Source: Antechinus flavipes
Taxonomy: Eukaryota
NCBI RefSeq assembly: GCF_016432865.1
Contig: NC_067404.1
Location: forward strand, 85,250,001-85,314,000
DNA length: 64,000 bases
Direction of reading: 5' to 3'
Below, in pieces: positions 10,801-29,126 of this stretch. A model generated the notes under the pieces. That model did not search any database. It worked only from the letters and a program-made list of their open reading frames with translations, and was not told where the DNA came from. Both the position numbers and the translations under genes were made by a program. Position 1 is the first letter of the stretch; each line of letters begins with the position of its first letter.

Positions 10801-13800
10801 ACAACTAAGACCAGAGGGTCTCACGGAGAACCGACAAGCCTTTGTCGAGGCCCAGCCAGACCCTCAGGATCTCCCTGGGGCCCCCAAATCCCCAAGAGAC
10901 TTGAAGGCGGCTCCCGGCTCCAAGGGCTGCGCCTCTTAAGCCCCGACCCAGGCTGAGCTGCCATGCACCTTGCGGGCCTCTTCCAGCTCCCTACTGAGAT
11001 TTTCTTTCTCCTGCCCCAGGACCTGAAGCTGCTCCAGAAGCCGTCCATTTGCCCGAAGCGATTCCTGAGGGGGGCAGAGTGTCACCCAGCTGGACCCCCA
11101 CAGCGGGGGCCCCCAGCTTGAGCCCGGGGTGATGGGGAAGAGGGAGGCAGGCAGATGCTCACCTGCAGCTGGGAGCTAAGATCATCTCTATGGCCTGCTA
11201 GGGCTTCGTACTCAGCCTGGCGCTGCTGCAGCTCGGTGGCCAGGCCCGCAGTCTGCTCCCGCAAGGCACACAACTCCTGAGTCTTGGCTGTCTGGATCTG
11301 GGGGCCCCAGGAGGCAGAGGGGCCTGAGAGGGGCATCCCACGGCCCCGGGGAGGAAGAGCGAGAGGGGAAGGGAGGGAGCCAGAGCCGGGCAGATGCACA
11401 GGACACTCCCCAGTCCCAATACCTGCTCTAGGGCAGCAAGGTTGGTCCGCAAAGCATCGCTCTCCGCCAACAGTGCCTGCACCCGCTCCTGTAAGTCTGC
11501 GCTTTGGCGCGCCGCCTGGGGAGCCCGAAGTGCAAAGCCCAGGGAAAGGCGCAAAGGGACACAAAGGGCAGAAAGAGGGGAAAGAGAAAAAGAGACACGC
11601 AAATGCACACGGACCGTGCGCCCAGCCCAAGACCTGCTTTTTGCCGATGGAGAGAGCAGCCTCGAGCCATACCTGGTCCTGGAGGGTGCGGAGGGCACTG
11701 GCATGGTCCTGGCGCTCGGCCTGGCATTGTTCCCTCAGCTCAGCTAGGCTCTGTGCGGGGTGGGTGGAGCAAAGTCAGGGTCCTCAGCGCTCTGCTTCGC
11801 CTACCCCCCTACCCCCACTCCATCTGTGCCCAACCTGGTTTGCCGCCTGAAGTTCCTCCTGCAGCTTCTGAGTCCGGACTACCTGGGCTTTGAGATCTGC
11901 CTCCTGATGCTGGCGAAGCTCTTCTATCTTGTTCCTGCCAGGGGGTAGGATCGGGTGTGCCAGCAATCCGGGGTCCCGGCTCCCTCAGATCTCGCCCCCC
12001 CCCCCCATTCTCCCCCCAGTCCTGTACCTGCTGTCGTTGTACAAAGCCTCCTTCTCTGTCTGCAGGCGGAAGAAGCTAAGCAAGGGAAAAAGGAACATGG
12101 GCTGGGCAGATGCAGGACCCTCCCCCTGAATCCCCCCCACCAAAGCCCTGGCTCGCAAGAGGTTCCCATGTACCTCTCCTGTTTCTTCTTCAGCTTTTCC
12201 GACAGCTGTGGAATAGAAAGGCCATGGGAACCCAGGGCACCAGGCCTCTGGCCTCGGGACACAAGGGAACAGAGAAGGGCAACGGGAAGATGAGAGGGGT
12301 GGTGGCAGCCTGGGTCAGGACTAGGCCAGGGAGGGGCTACCACAGATACCTGCCACCCGCTGGCCTCTCAATCGGCAAGAGAGCAACGAGAGCTACAACA
12401 GAGCTGGGGGGGGGCGGTGGGGGGGAGGGAGAGGGAGGAGGGGGCAGGAGATTCAGGGAGAGGGGGACTGAGACTCACTAAAGCCCAAAAGAACCGGGCA
12501 GAGACAATGCAACAGAGCCTGAGTGGTTGGGTGCTAGAAAAGGGAAAGGGCAGTGGGCAAGAAAGGAGGTGGTCAAGTGTGGGGGAAACTGAGGCCTGGT
12601 GGGGGGGGCGGGGGGGGAAGAGGTGTTGTTGGACAGCAGCTGCAGCCTCCTGTCATCAAGGTGCCGGGCAAAGTCCCACCTTGGCTACCTCCTCCTGCAG
12701 CTTGGCCGTCTCAGCCTGCTTCGAGCTCTGTAGACGTAGGCAGATCCCGGCAAATGTATGGGATATAACTGGTGACCTGACCTCCCTGAGGCACTGGCGC
12801 TAAGGTAATCTGCGCCCACCCCCCAGCCCTTGCGGCCTACCTCGAGTCCCTGCAAACGCTCTTGGAGTAGCCTCTTCTCTTCCTTCTCTACTTCCCACTT
12901 CAGCTCGGCCTCTGCCAACGGAGGGGGCACGACCAGGTCTCCCGCATGGTCCCCACAGCCACCTGCATCCTCCTTTCCAGCGGCCTCTGGCGGAGCTGGA
13001 GAACTCGTCTGCTCTTTCTCATAGCGTTCCTGCAGAGCTGGGAATAAGCAGGAGCCTGAGGTCCTGTCACCTCCTCAAGAGACCCCAGGCTCCCTACTAC
13101 CACCACCTATTGGGACCCTGAACTACTACCTGTGACATTTCTCTGGAGGGCTGTGTTCTCCGCCTGCAGGCGCAGAAGCTCCCCATCTACAGGGCCGCTG
13201 CCCGTGCTGGGAGGCCCCGGACCCAAGGAGCCTTCCTTTAGCTGCCGATTCTCCTGCTCCAGCTGCTCGATCTGTGCGCAAAGCTGAAGGAGAAAGGAGC
13301 CCCATCAGAACCCTCCTTCTTAGCTACAAGCAGCAGCTCTGGCCCTATCCCGGAAGCCATGCTGGAGCATCAGTGGCCCCTCCGTGCTCCCGCTTCGCGC
13401 CAGGGATTCCAGACCTTACTGAGCTCTTGAAGGAGCGTGCTGTTTTGCAGCCGAAAGTCATCTTCCTGACTGTGGAGTTTGCCCTGAAGCATCTGGTTCT
13501 CGTTGAGCAGAACTTCGACTTCCTGGGATCCGCAGGCATATGCACACGTAGGAAGGAGCACACGCGACACACATAGATGTGAAACCCAGCAAAGACCAGG
13601 CACCACCGGGATGAAGAGGAAATATGGAGGAAGGGCAAGAGGAGGGAGGAGGGAGAGAGAGGGAAAGAGAGATGGGATGAGGGGAAGACAGCCAGCCGGC
13701 TGCAGAGCTGTCCCTCTCATCCCTCTCTGAGACCTAAGGGACAGAGTCACTAAAGTCCCTTCTGTGAGCCGCTGCCATTGACATCTATGACAACCTTTAG

Positions 13801-15596
13801 TTTCTCCCATCAGTTCTTCAAAAAGCACCCATTTCCTTTGAACGTTACAGGTACTTTCAAGGGTGTGTGTGTGTGTGTGTGTGTGTGAGTGTGTGAGAGT
13901 ATGTGTAAAACCTTCCATCCAGGAGAGAGGGAGAGCCCAGGAGGATTCCAGCACATCCAACCCAGAAGGGTATTTAGAGATAGACCATGTCCAAACCCCC
14001 TCCCCCTCTTCTACTTTATTGACCAATAAGGGACAGTGAAGCCATAGGGAGACTGCAGCCTGGACCAACGTTAACACATTGAATCTGAGAACCCAGGTTT
14101 CTCTTCCAGGCAAGAACTGATAATGGACACGTTCTGAAGTCACCTTTGTCTAAGGGGTCCCCAGGGGTGCCCAATTCCTGCCCCTTCCAGTCCTCCTCAC
14201 CTGGGCTTTCTTGCTCTTGCTCAGAGCCTGTGAGATGAGAGACAGGGAGAGAAGAATTGGTTACAAGAGGCATCACTATTAAGAATAGGGGAAGGAGATG
14301 GCCTAAGGGAATGGGAGATGAAGCAAAAACTTGTGGGGTGGGGGGTGGAGGTGGATAGAGAAAGTAGTGAGGGCAGGGACTAGGGAAGAGCCATTGGGGG
14401 GAAGAAGAGGGGAGAGAGTGAGGCTCAGGGAAAAACTACTGCAATGGGGAGAACAACTTAAAAGAGCGACTTTGAGGGGCACAGGGGGGAAATGCAAGAG
14501 AGCCCACAAAAAGGCCAAGAGGAGAAGCTGAAGGAACGACTTGAGAGACAGAGGGGCAGGGAAACCCCTGAGTAGTGGATGGACGATGAGAGATGGGGAT
14601 CATCCTGAACACCTTTTGGGCTCGGGCAAACTCCTTGTCCAGGAAGGTGATTCTCTGCCGGAGGGAGGTGAGCTCTGAGGACAGAAAAACAGGGGCGGCA
14701 GTTCCTATGGCTGACAGGCTGTTGTTGATCCTCCATCCATTTGACAGGTGAGGGATCAAGAGCTTCCACCCCCACCCCCACAGCAGCCCATCTCAGGGAA
14801 GGCACCAGTGATTCCCCAGGGCAGGTCTCCATTTAGCACCCCGCCCCCGCGCCCCCCTTTCCCCTGCAGCCTTACCAACACCATTCTTCCTCAGCTCGTC
14901 TGACAGCTGGTAGTTCTGGGTCCGAAGCTCCAGTAGCTGGGCCTAGTGGAGCAGGGCAGGAGTCCCCCCTTTCCTCAGTACCACCCCCTCCCAATCTCTT
15001 AGAAATCAGTACATCAGCTCCCCTCTCCCAACTCATGGTGCAGCAGGCGACTTGTTGAGGGTCACAGTAAGCAAGAGATGGATTCTTCTACCACTGGGGG
15101 ATCTCCTCAGGAAGGTCTCCCTCCAGAACTGGACAGGCCCCCCTTTTTTTTGCTCGGCTCTTTAGTCCCTTCCGGTCCTAGGGGTCCCGCCTCCCTCCAC
15201 TGCCCTCCTTGGATCTCTATTGGTTCTTCCCTTCCTCCGTGCTCTCCTGGACCCTGCCTTCCTCAGACCCTGACCGAGCGTCCCGCCTCTCAGTGCTTCC
15301 TACTGGTCGTCCTTCCGTTACGAGTCCGGCAGTGCCCGCCCTTCTCGGACCTCGATTGGGCCCTCGCTCGATGGGCCCTGCTAACCCCGCCCACAGAACG
15401 TTCCTCTAGAAGGATTCGATCCCGCTCCCCTCCCCCCCAGCCCCTTAGGGGCTCCTCCCACACAATTACTAGGAAGACCCCCGCTCTCCTTTCAGCCCAT
15501 ACCCTCAGAACCCCGCCCAGCCTTTCCCCGGCCCCGCGCCTCGCTTCCAGCCACCTGCATCCGTTGGAACTCCTCTTCGGAAAGAGCCTGCGCCAT
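7876..15596 (-). CDS. GRIPAP1: GRIP1-associated protein 1 (GRASP-1), coiled-coil, 25 coding exons, ~846 aa
   Basis: Exons (minus): 15555-15596, 14876-14942, 14613-14674, 14201-14227, 13415-13522, 13130-13283, 12841-13037, 12680-12727, 12174-12205, 12028-12075, 11835-11934, 11673-11750, 11423-11515, 11163-11297, 10969-11064, 10325-10537, 9812-9925, 9649-9726, 9414-9566, 9211-9310, 8921-9051, 8512-8631, 8337-8430, 8062-8216, 7876-7971. Total 2541 nt in frame. [14 protein letters not shown] ... KNMHLHK|[16 protein letters not shown] matches GRASP-1. Confidence 0.96.
13862..13900. repeat. (GT)n microsatellite in a GRIPAP1 intron
   Basis: Direct GT tandem run. Confidence 0.9.
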
Positions 15597-16020
15597 GTTC
15601 TTGCCCTCCCCCCCCAAAAAAAAAAAACCGCCTCCGGTGCCGTCCGCGCAGGCGCAACCGTCTCAGCAGGGCTACGACTCCGGGAAAGTGGGACGCTGCC
15701 AATGGCACAGGGTGAGAAAGGGAAAGACGTCGCCAGGTGGGACGGCCCGGACCAAGACGACCGACTCGATGTTTCTCTCTCTCTCTCCCCCTGGGTACTC
15801 GGCTTTTGGTGGTGCCCGGCGGGAAGAGAGGGTGCTGGGAAGGCAGGCGTCTCCTTACGCCGGAAGTCCCGTTGAGCCCTCCCCCCGCTCCGCCCTCTAT
15901 GCCCGCCCCGGTTTCATGCCTTGAGGGAAAAAGGCCGGAAGGGGGCAGGTCTGGCTGCAGGCTCATCTGCCAATGCTTCCCGGCCCGGACTCGGGGTGCC
16001 GGGCCGGCTACGGTTCGCCT
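15500..16020 (-). promoter_or_regulatory. CpG island, GRIPAP1 promoter
   Basis: CpG-rich, ETS-type CCGGAAGT near 15860 and GC boxes upstream of the ATG at 15596. Confidence 0.75.
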
Positions 16021-16101
16021 CACTCCCCAGCAACTTCCTCTACCCCCATTCCGAAAAGGAGCGGACCGACTTCAAAGCTCTTTAACAAAGTTGAGCCATG
16101 T

Positions 16102-16107
16102 TTTATT
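16102..16107 (-). terminator. TFE3 polyadenylation signal AATAAA
   Basis: TTTATT on + about 270 nt after the TFE3 stop, directly before the GRIPAP1 promoter. Confidence 0.65.
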
Positions 16108-16376
16108 GTGTCTGCAAGAGAAGCGGAGCCCGCGGGCCGCAACCCCCTCCCCCCTCCCCCCAAGTCCAACCCGCAGCCTGTCAGTTTCCAGGATCTACAC
16201 GGGGCTTCCACGGTTATAACTCCGGGACCAAAAGGGGTGGGGGGAGGAAGGAGGAGGCAGCCCTTTTTCCGTCCAGGTCCCGCCCCTTCTCTCCGCCAAA
16301 GGGAGGGGGAAGTGGGAAGGGGAGGGGTAGGAACATATGCGTCTGCGCCAAGGGGCTGCCGGGAGGCGGGGCTTCA

Positions 16377-22546
<6,170 letters not shown>

Positions 22547-23319
22547 GGGCGCCGGAGGCCGCGGGATCGTTCGCTCCCTCACGACCCGCCGGCCGCCATC
22601 GGCACCAGCCCGCCGGCCAGCAGCCGAGCCGAGCGGAGCCGAGCCGGACGCGGCCAGGGGAAAGAGGAGGAGGCGGTCTCAGGCCTCCTCCGGGCGCCGG
22701 CGTCAGCCACACGGGCTGGGCCCTGACTCATCGCCAGGCTGCCCCTCCCCTCCCCGCCCCGTCCCGCCCCTTTGCATCGGGGAAACATCTCCGGAAGTGA
22801 CCAAAAACCCCGCGCAGGCCGACTCCGAAGCCAATCACCGCAAGCTAACGAAACGAGAGCTCCGCCTCCGGAACCCGAGCCTGCCCCGCCCCCCGGCCTC
22901 AACAAGCGCTCGGAGGCGGGCCTAGGCGAGCCGGGTCCCGCCTCTTCGCCCTTCCTCTCCTAGATCTAAGGCTCCCCAGCCCCGCCCCTCGATGCGTGCC
23001 GCAAGCCTAAGGCGGGGCTCCCTAAAGGCACCGCCTCCCCCTCCTCCCGCTCCTCATGCAGAATTTGGGGCGGAACTACTCCACAGCACCCTCTCTCCCC
23101 CCGCTCCCCAATCGCCATCCCCGGCTCGGAGGCGGGGCTCCATGCCCGAGGGAAAGGAGCCATCCGGCGCAGGAGAGACATTTAGGGCCCGCCCCTGCCC
23201 CGCTCCTCCCCTTTCCCCTCTAGTCACCCAGGGCGTTACACATCGACACCTCCCACTGGGGGGGGAGGGGGGTCGGCTTTACGGGACTTTGGGCAAGCAC
23301 CGCCCTCGCTGGAAACCCT

Positions 23320-23530
23320 GAAATCCCTAGCGCACGCTAAGCTCCCGCGGGATAGCGCGAGAAGACCTCGCGACTCCGCCCCCCACGTGACCTCCCGGGC
23401 TTCTCAGCCCGTTGTCTCGACTCGGCGCCCTGGGCTCGGTGTCGCCGTGTCTTTCCGGCGAGTGTCCCGTTTTTTGGGCGTCTGGCTTCCTGGTAGGAGG
23501 GCCCGCGCCCCGAGTCTCGGCCTCAGGTCT
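23320..23530. promoter_or_regulatory. Second small CpG cluster with housekeeping-type motifs
   Basis: TCTCGCG-like half sites, a CTCCGCCCC GC box and CACGTGAC (E-box 23384-23389) are clustered; a possible + strand donor CTG|GTAGGA lies at 23492/23493. Confidence 0.5.
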
Positions 23531-23609
23531 CCCCTTCTTCTCTTGCCCATTTGCTCCCTCGACTTGAAACTTCCCGTCCCAGGTACTCGAGAATTAGCTT
23601 TGGTAGTGC

Positions 23610-23720
23610 GCTTCTTTGGGCCTCAGTTTCCTCATCTGAAAAATGGGTACCTGTGAGACTCGAATCAGGTCAGATGTGAAGAGTGCTTTGGAAACCTTGA
23701 AGTTCCAGCTAATGTTCATT
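23610..23720 (+). mobile_element. MIR-like CORE-SINE fragment
   Basis: CCTCAGTTTCCTCATCTGAAAAATGGG core followed by a MIR-like tail. Confidence 0.6.
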
Positions 23721-24237
23721 GTCGTTGGTACATATGGCTCGGCTTGCCCACACCCTGGCCGCCTCGCATTGCTCCTGAGGCTCCACTGGGCCAACTCGGG
23801 TTTCTTTTCTAACCCAGAACCGGGCCCAGCTCCTGACGCTTAGCAGTGACGTTCAAGGGCTTGCCGCTGTGCCATCCTAAATGTTAGGGTTGAGAAGACG
23901 GGCCTGCTTTCGGGGGGAGCTGGAGCTCAGTAGAAGGGCCTGGGAGTTTCTCCACAGCAAAAACAACCCAGCCAACACTCCTTTTCAATGCTGGACCTGA
24001 CCCACCGTGGGTCCAGTCTGTCCCAAACAGTATCGGTCCAGAAATATTTCCTAAGCCCCAGGGCTACACAAGGAGGTGAGAGAGGGTCCCTGGCCTCCAG
24101 AAACCCGCACCTGATTCGGGGGGGGGGGACGGGCGCATATACAGGCCAGAGTACTATGCGGAGATGACAGAGATACAGATGGAAATGGCGGCCCCCTTCT
24201 GGAGCCAGCCTGCCAGCTCCCACTCTTTTTCTAGTGA

Positions 24238-24475
24238 AGCTTTTTATTTTCAAAGCAACGAAAGGATAATTTTTGAACACTGACCCTTGCAAAACCTTGG
24301 GTTCCAATTTCCTCTCCTTCCCTCCACCCTCTCCCCTACATGGCACGTAATCCAATATCCGTTAAACACGGCAAATATAGATGTAGATCCAATAGATGGG
24401 TACATATTTCTACAGTTGTCACGCTGCACAAGAAAAATCGGATCAAAAAGGGAAAGGTGAGAAAAAATCAAATTC
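24238..24475 (-). mobile_element. L1 3' UTR fragment (marsupial type)
   Basis: T-rich tail, then TGACCCTTGCAAAACC...TTCCAATTT...GATGGCA, homologous to the other L1 3' ends in the window. Confidence 0.8.
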
Positions 24476-25769
24476 TTTCCAAAACATTTTTTGTTAAAGC
24501 TTTTTATTTGCAGAACATACATAAGGATAATTTTTCACCCTCGACCTTTGCAAAACCTTGGGTTCCAATTTCCCTGCCTTCCCCCACCCCCTCTCCTAGA
24601 TGGCAGCTAGTCCAATAGATGTTAAACATGGTAGAGATATATGTTAAATCCAATATGTACATACGCATTTATACAATTCTCTTGCCGTACAAGAAAAATC
24701 AAATCAAGCCAGAACAAAAACATGAAGAAAATAAAATGCAAGCAGACAACAAACAGTGAGAATGCTCTGTTGTGAGCCGCGCTCAGTTCCCACAGTCCTC
24801 TCTCGGTGTAGACGGCTCTCTCCATCACAAGACAATTGGAAGTGGTCTGGATCATCTCATTGTGGAAGAGAGCCACAGCAGCACTGATCACCATAAAATC
24901 TTGTTACCGTGTACAGTACTCTCCTGGCTCTGCTCATTTCCCTCAGCATCAGTTCATGTGAGTCTCTCCAGGCCTCTCTGGAATCATCCCGCCGGTCATT
25001 TCTTACAGAACAATAATATTCCATAGCATTCATAGACCACAACTTATTCAGCCATTCTCCAATGGATGGGCATCCACTCCATTTCCAGTTTCTGGCCACT
25101 CCAAAGAGGGCTGCACATACATGTGCCTTTCCCTTCTTTAAAATCAGCAGTAACACTGCTGGATCAAAGGGGATGCACAATCTGCTAGCCCTTTGGGGAT
25201 AGATCCAAATTGCTGTCTGGAATCATTGTGTCAGTTCACAGTTCCACCAATGATATAATAGTGTCTCAGTTTTCCCACATCCCCTCCAATGTTCCATATT
25301 CTCTTTCCCTGTCATTCTAGCCAATCTGAGAGGTGTGTAGCGGTATCTCAGAGTTGTCTTCATTGGCATTTCTCTGATCAATAGTGATTTAGAGCACCTT
25401 TTCATGTGACTAGAAATAGTTTCAATTTCTTCATCTGAAAATTGTTCCTATCCTTTGACCATTTATCATTTGGAAAATGGCTTGAATTCTTAGAAATTTG
25501 AGTCAGTTCTCTCTATATTTTAGAAATGAGGCTTTTATCAGAACCCTTAAATGTAAAAATGTTTTCCCAAGTTATTGCTCCCTTTCTAATCTTGTCTATA
25601 TTAGTTTTATTTTTATAGAAACTTTTTAACTTAATATAATCAAAATGATCTATCTGGTGTTCAATAATGAGTTCCAGTTCCTCTTTGGTCACAAATGCCT
25701 TCCTTCTCCACAGATCTGAGAGGTAGACTATCCTTTATTCTTCTAATTTGCTTACCATATCACTCTTTA

Positions 25770-27428
25770 AAAAAAAAGTTTTTTTAAAATTGATTCTATT
25801 ACAGCTTTTTATTTACAAAATATGCATGGGTAATTTTTCAACACTGACCCTGGCAAAACCTTCTGTTCCAAATTTTCCCACTTTCCCTGCACCCCCTCCC
25901 TTAGATGGCAGCTAGTCCAATACATGTTAAATATTTTAAAATCTATGTTAAATCCAATATATGTAGACATATTTATATAGTTATCTTGCTGCACAAGATA
26001 AATCAGATTTAGAAAGAAAAGAAAAAACCTGAGAAGGAAAACAAAAATGCAAGCAAACAGTAACAGAAAGAGTGGAAATGCTATATTGTGGTCCACACTC
26101 TATTCCCACAGTCCTCTCTCTGGGTGTAGCTGATTATCTTCATCACCGAACAGGTGGAATTGGTTTGAATCATCTCATTGTGGAAGAGAGCCACGTCAAT
26201 TAGAATTGATCGTCATATAGTCTTGTTGCCATGCACAATGATCTCCTGGTCCTGCTCATTTCACTCAGCATCAGTTCCTGTAGGTCTCTCCAGGCCTCTC
26301 TGAAAAACTCCCGCTGGTGATTTCTTACAGAACAATAATATTCCATAATATTCATAAACTCTAACTTATTCAGCCATTCCCCGATTGATGGGCATCCATT
26401 CAGTTTCCAGTTTCTGGCCACTACAAAGAGGGCCACCACAAACGTTTTGGCACCTACAGGTCCCTTTCCCTTCTCTAAGATCTCTTTGGGATAGAAGCCC
26501 AGTAGAAACACTGCTGGATCCAAGGGTATGCACAGTTTGATGGCTTTTTGAGCATACTTCCAAATCGCTCTCCAGAATGGCTGGATGTGTTCACAATTCC
26601 ACCAACAGTGTATCAGTGTCCCAGTTTTCCCACATCCCCTCCCACATTCCGCATTATCTTTTCCTGTCATCCTAGTCAATCTGAGAGGTGTGTAGTGGTA
26701 TCTCAGAGTTGTCTTAATTTGCATTTCTCTGCTCAATAGTGATTTGGATGTTTGTGGCAGGTCTCTTTGTAGTGGCCAGAAACTGGAAACTGAGTGGCTG
26801 CCCATCCATTGGAGAATGGCTCAATAAATTGTGGTGTATGAATGTTAGGGAATATTATTGTTCTCTAAGAAATCCTCAGCGGGAGGATTTCAGAGAGGCC
26901 TGGGGAGACTTACAGGAACTGATGCTGAGTGAAATGAGCAGGACCAGGAGATCATTGTACGATGATCAATTCTGATGGACGTGGCCCTCTCCAGCAATGA
27001 GATGGACCAAATCAGTTCTAATGGAGCAAAATGAACTGAACCAGCTATGCCCAGCGAAAGAACTCTGGGAGATGACTAAGAACCATTACATAGAATTCCC
27101 AATTCCTCTCTTTTTGCCCGCCTGCATTTTGGATTTTCTTCACAGGCTAATTGGACAATATTCCAGAGTCCAATTCTTTTTGTGCAGCAAAATAACGGTT
27201 TGGACATGTATACTTATTTTGTATTTAATTTATACTTTAACATACCTAACATGTATTGGTCATCCTGCCATCTAGGGGAGGGGGTGGGGGGAAGGAGGGG
27301 AAAAATTGGAACAGAAGGTTTTGTAAGGGTCAATGCTGAAAAATTACCCATGCACATAACTTGTAAATAAAAAGCTATTAAAATATATGTCTATATGAAA
27401 TAGTGATTTAGAGCACCTTTTCATATAT
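25770..27428 (-). mobile_element. 5'-truncated L1 (middle element), inserted into the outer L1
   Basis: ORF2 C-terminus REMQIKTTLRYHYTPLRL...CWWNC...NGCPSIGEWLNKL; bounded by the CATATCACTCTTTA TSD. Confidence 0.85.
26746..27398 (+). mobile_element. 5'-truncated L1 (inner element), opposite orientation
   Basis: ORF2 end (LFVVARNWKLSGCPSIGEWLNKLW) plus 3' UTR ending AATAAAAAGCTATTAAAA; TSD AATAGTGATTT at 26735-26745 and 27399-27409. Confidence 0.85.
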
Positions 27429-27867
27429 CATATCACTCTTTATGTCTAAATCATGGACCCATTTCAACCTTATCTTGGTGTATTGTGTTAAGTGTGGGCC
27501 AATGCCTAGTTTCTGCCATATTAGTTTCCACTTTTCCCAGCAGTTTTTGTCAGATGGTGACTTCTTACCCCCAAAGCTGGGGTCTTTGGGTTTGTCAAAC
27601 ACTAGATTGCTATAGTCATTGCCTATTTTGTCCTTTGAATCTGACCTGTTCCACTGATTGACTACTCTATTTCTTAGCCAGGACCAAATGGTTTTGATGA
27701 CCGCTGCTTTATAATATAGTTTTAGATCTGGCACAGCTAGGCCACCTTCATTGGCTTTTTTTTTTTTTTTTCATTAATTCCCTTGAATTTTTTTGTTCTT
27801 CCAGATGAATTTTGTTATTATTTTTCTAGATCTGTAAACTAATTTCTTGGGAGGTTGGTATGGCAGA

Positions 27868-28043
27868 AAATAAAATTCAAGCAAACAACAAAAGAAATGA
27901 AAATACTAACTTGTGATTCACAAACAGTCCCCACGGTCCTCTCTGGGAGCAGATGGCTCTCTCCATAACAAGACTATTGGAACTAGCCTGAATTGTCTCA
28001 TTGCTGAGAAGACCACATCCATCAGAACATCGTATGATCTTGC
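27868..28043 (-). mobile_element. L1 3' UTR fragment
   Basis: CCCACGGTCCTCTCT...GATGGCTCTCTCCAT..CAAGAC.ATTGGAA, homologous to 24790-24900. Confidence 0.7.
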
Positions 28044-29000
28044 TCTGACTCTTACTCTTCATAGCAACTTGGGTCCCAGAGGGCAAATACTCCATCTCCT
28101 TTCAGGGTCTGACGGGTAGCTGAGGAATTGTAGCTTTTAATACTGCCACTTACATGCCCCAAGTGTGCTCCCATTTAAGCCACTGAAGTCTTTTTTTTTT
28201 TAAATCCTGCGTACCTTTTACAAGGGAATCTAAGGTATGGATAAGATAAGGTAGAGCAAGAAGAGCTGTCACAAAGCTTTCCCTCCAAACCAGGTCACAC
28301 ACTTCCCTTTGCACACACAAGGTCCCAAGGAGAGTGGGTTCAGATTTAGAGTACAGTGGCAGTAAGAGAACATACATGACCAGAGGCTATCTCCTGAGTC
28401 CTGGCCTCGGAAGTCCTGTTTTCCCTTCATGGCGTAAGTTCACCCCCCAGTGAGCCCCTCTGGGGCTCTGAGAATCGATAGCTTTCTAGATTCGATACAT
28501 TCCTTTTCTCTCCATCATGAGAGGCCACGATCCCTGAAGCCGCCACCATCGTTGACTGATTATCTTTCCACATTTGACTGCAGGGCTGCCTCTGTGAACA
28601 ACCGCTACTACTGTGGTGGCCACTGCTATGAACTCCAGTTGGAGATGTGATATCACACTCACCTGGATCCCTTAGAAGATTCATTTACCTCAGATGAGGA
28701 AAGAATAAATATAAAAGAAAGAGCCGGTGTGTGCTCCCAGATACATGGCAGCTGGATGATGCAATACTGCTTGCTACCAGTCCTCCACCCAGAAGCTCCC
28801 AGCAGTCTTGACTCACAACTAAGGAAAGAAGAGAAACTGATAGAACAAGAAGTCTATTGTGCATATATTCAGTTCTGGCTCAATACCTCCTGAGTCATTG
28901 GTTCTTCCCATTCCTCAGCCACTTAAAAACCCTTTCATCATCACATAATCCCAGCCCCTTAGTCATCCATGGCTGAAAACTGGTTTTTAAAGTTTCACAT

Positions 29001-29126
29001 GTTGCTAATATGGAAATATTTTTACAAGACTTCACATGCATAATGAGTATCCTATTGATAGGGGAGGGACTGGAGGGAGGGAAATCATCTGGAACTCAAC
29101 ATTGTAAACATGAATGTTCAAATATT
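29001..29126 (+). mobile_element. Short L1 tail insertion
   Basis: L1-like 3' end (GGAGGGAGGGAAATC...GGAACTCAAC) flanked by AAGTTTCACAT at 28990-29000 and 29127-29137. Confidence 0.55.

Larger units (their letters stand above)
24490..27865 (-). mobile_element. 5'-truncated L1 (outer element of the nest; own sequence 24490-25769 and 27429-27865)
   Basis: 3' UTR then ORF2 C-terminal peptides (KTTLRY..TPLRLA..CWRGCG; PDLKLYYKAAVIKTIW..QWNR). Split by an insertion flanked by the 14-bp duplication CATATCACTCTTTA at 25756-25769 and 27429-27442. Confidence 0.88.

Noticed and set aside
26200-26805. 201-aa ORF and other L1/RTE peptides as host genes
   Set aside because: These are fragments of 5'-truncated retrotransposon ORF2s with neighbouring stops and frameshifts.
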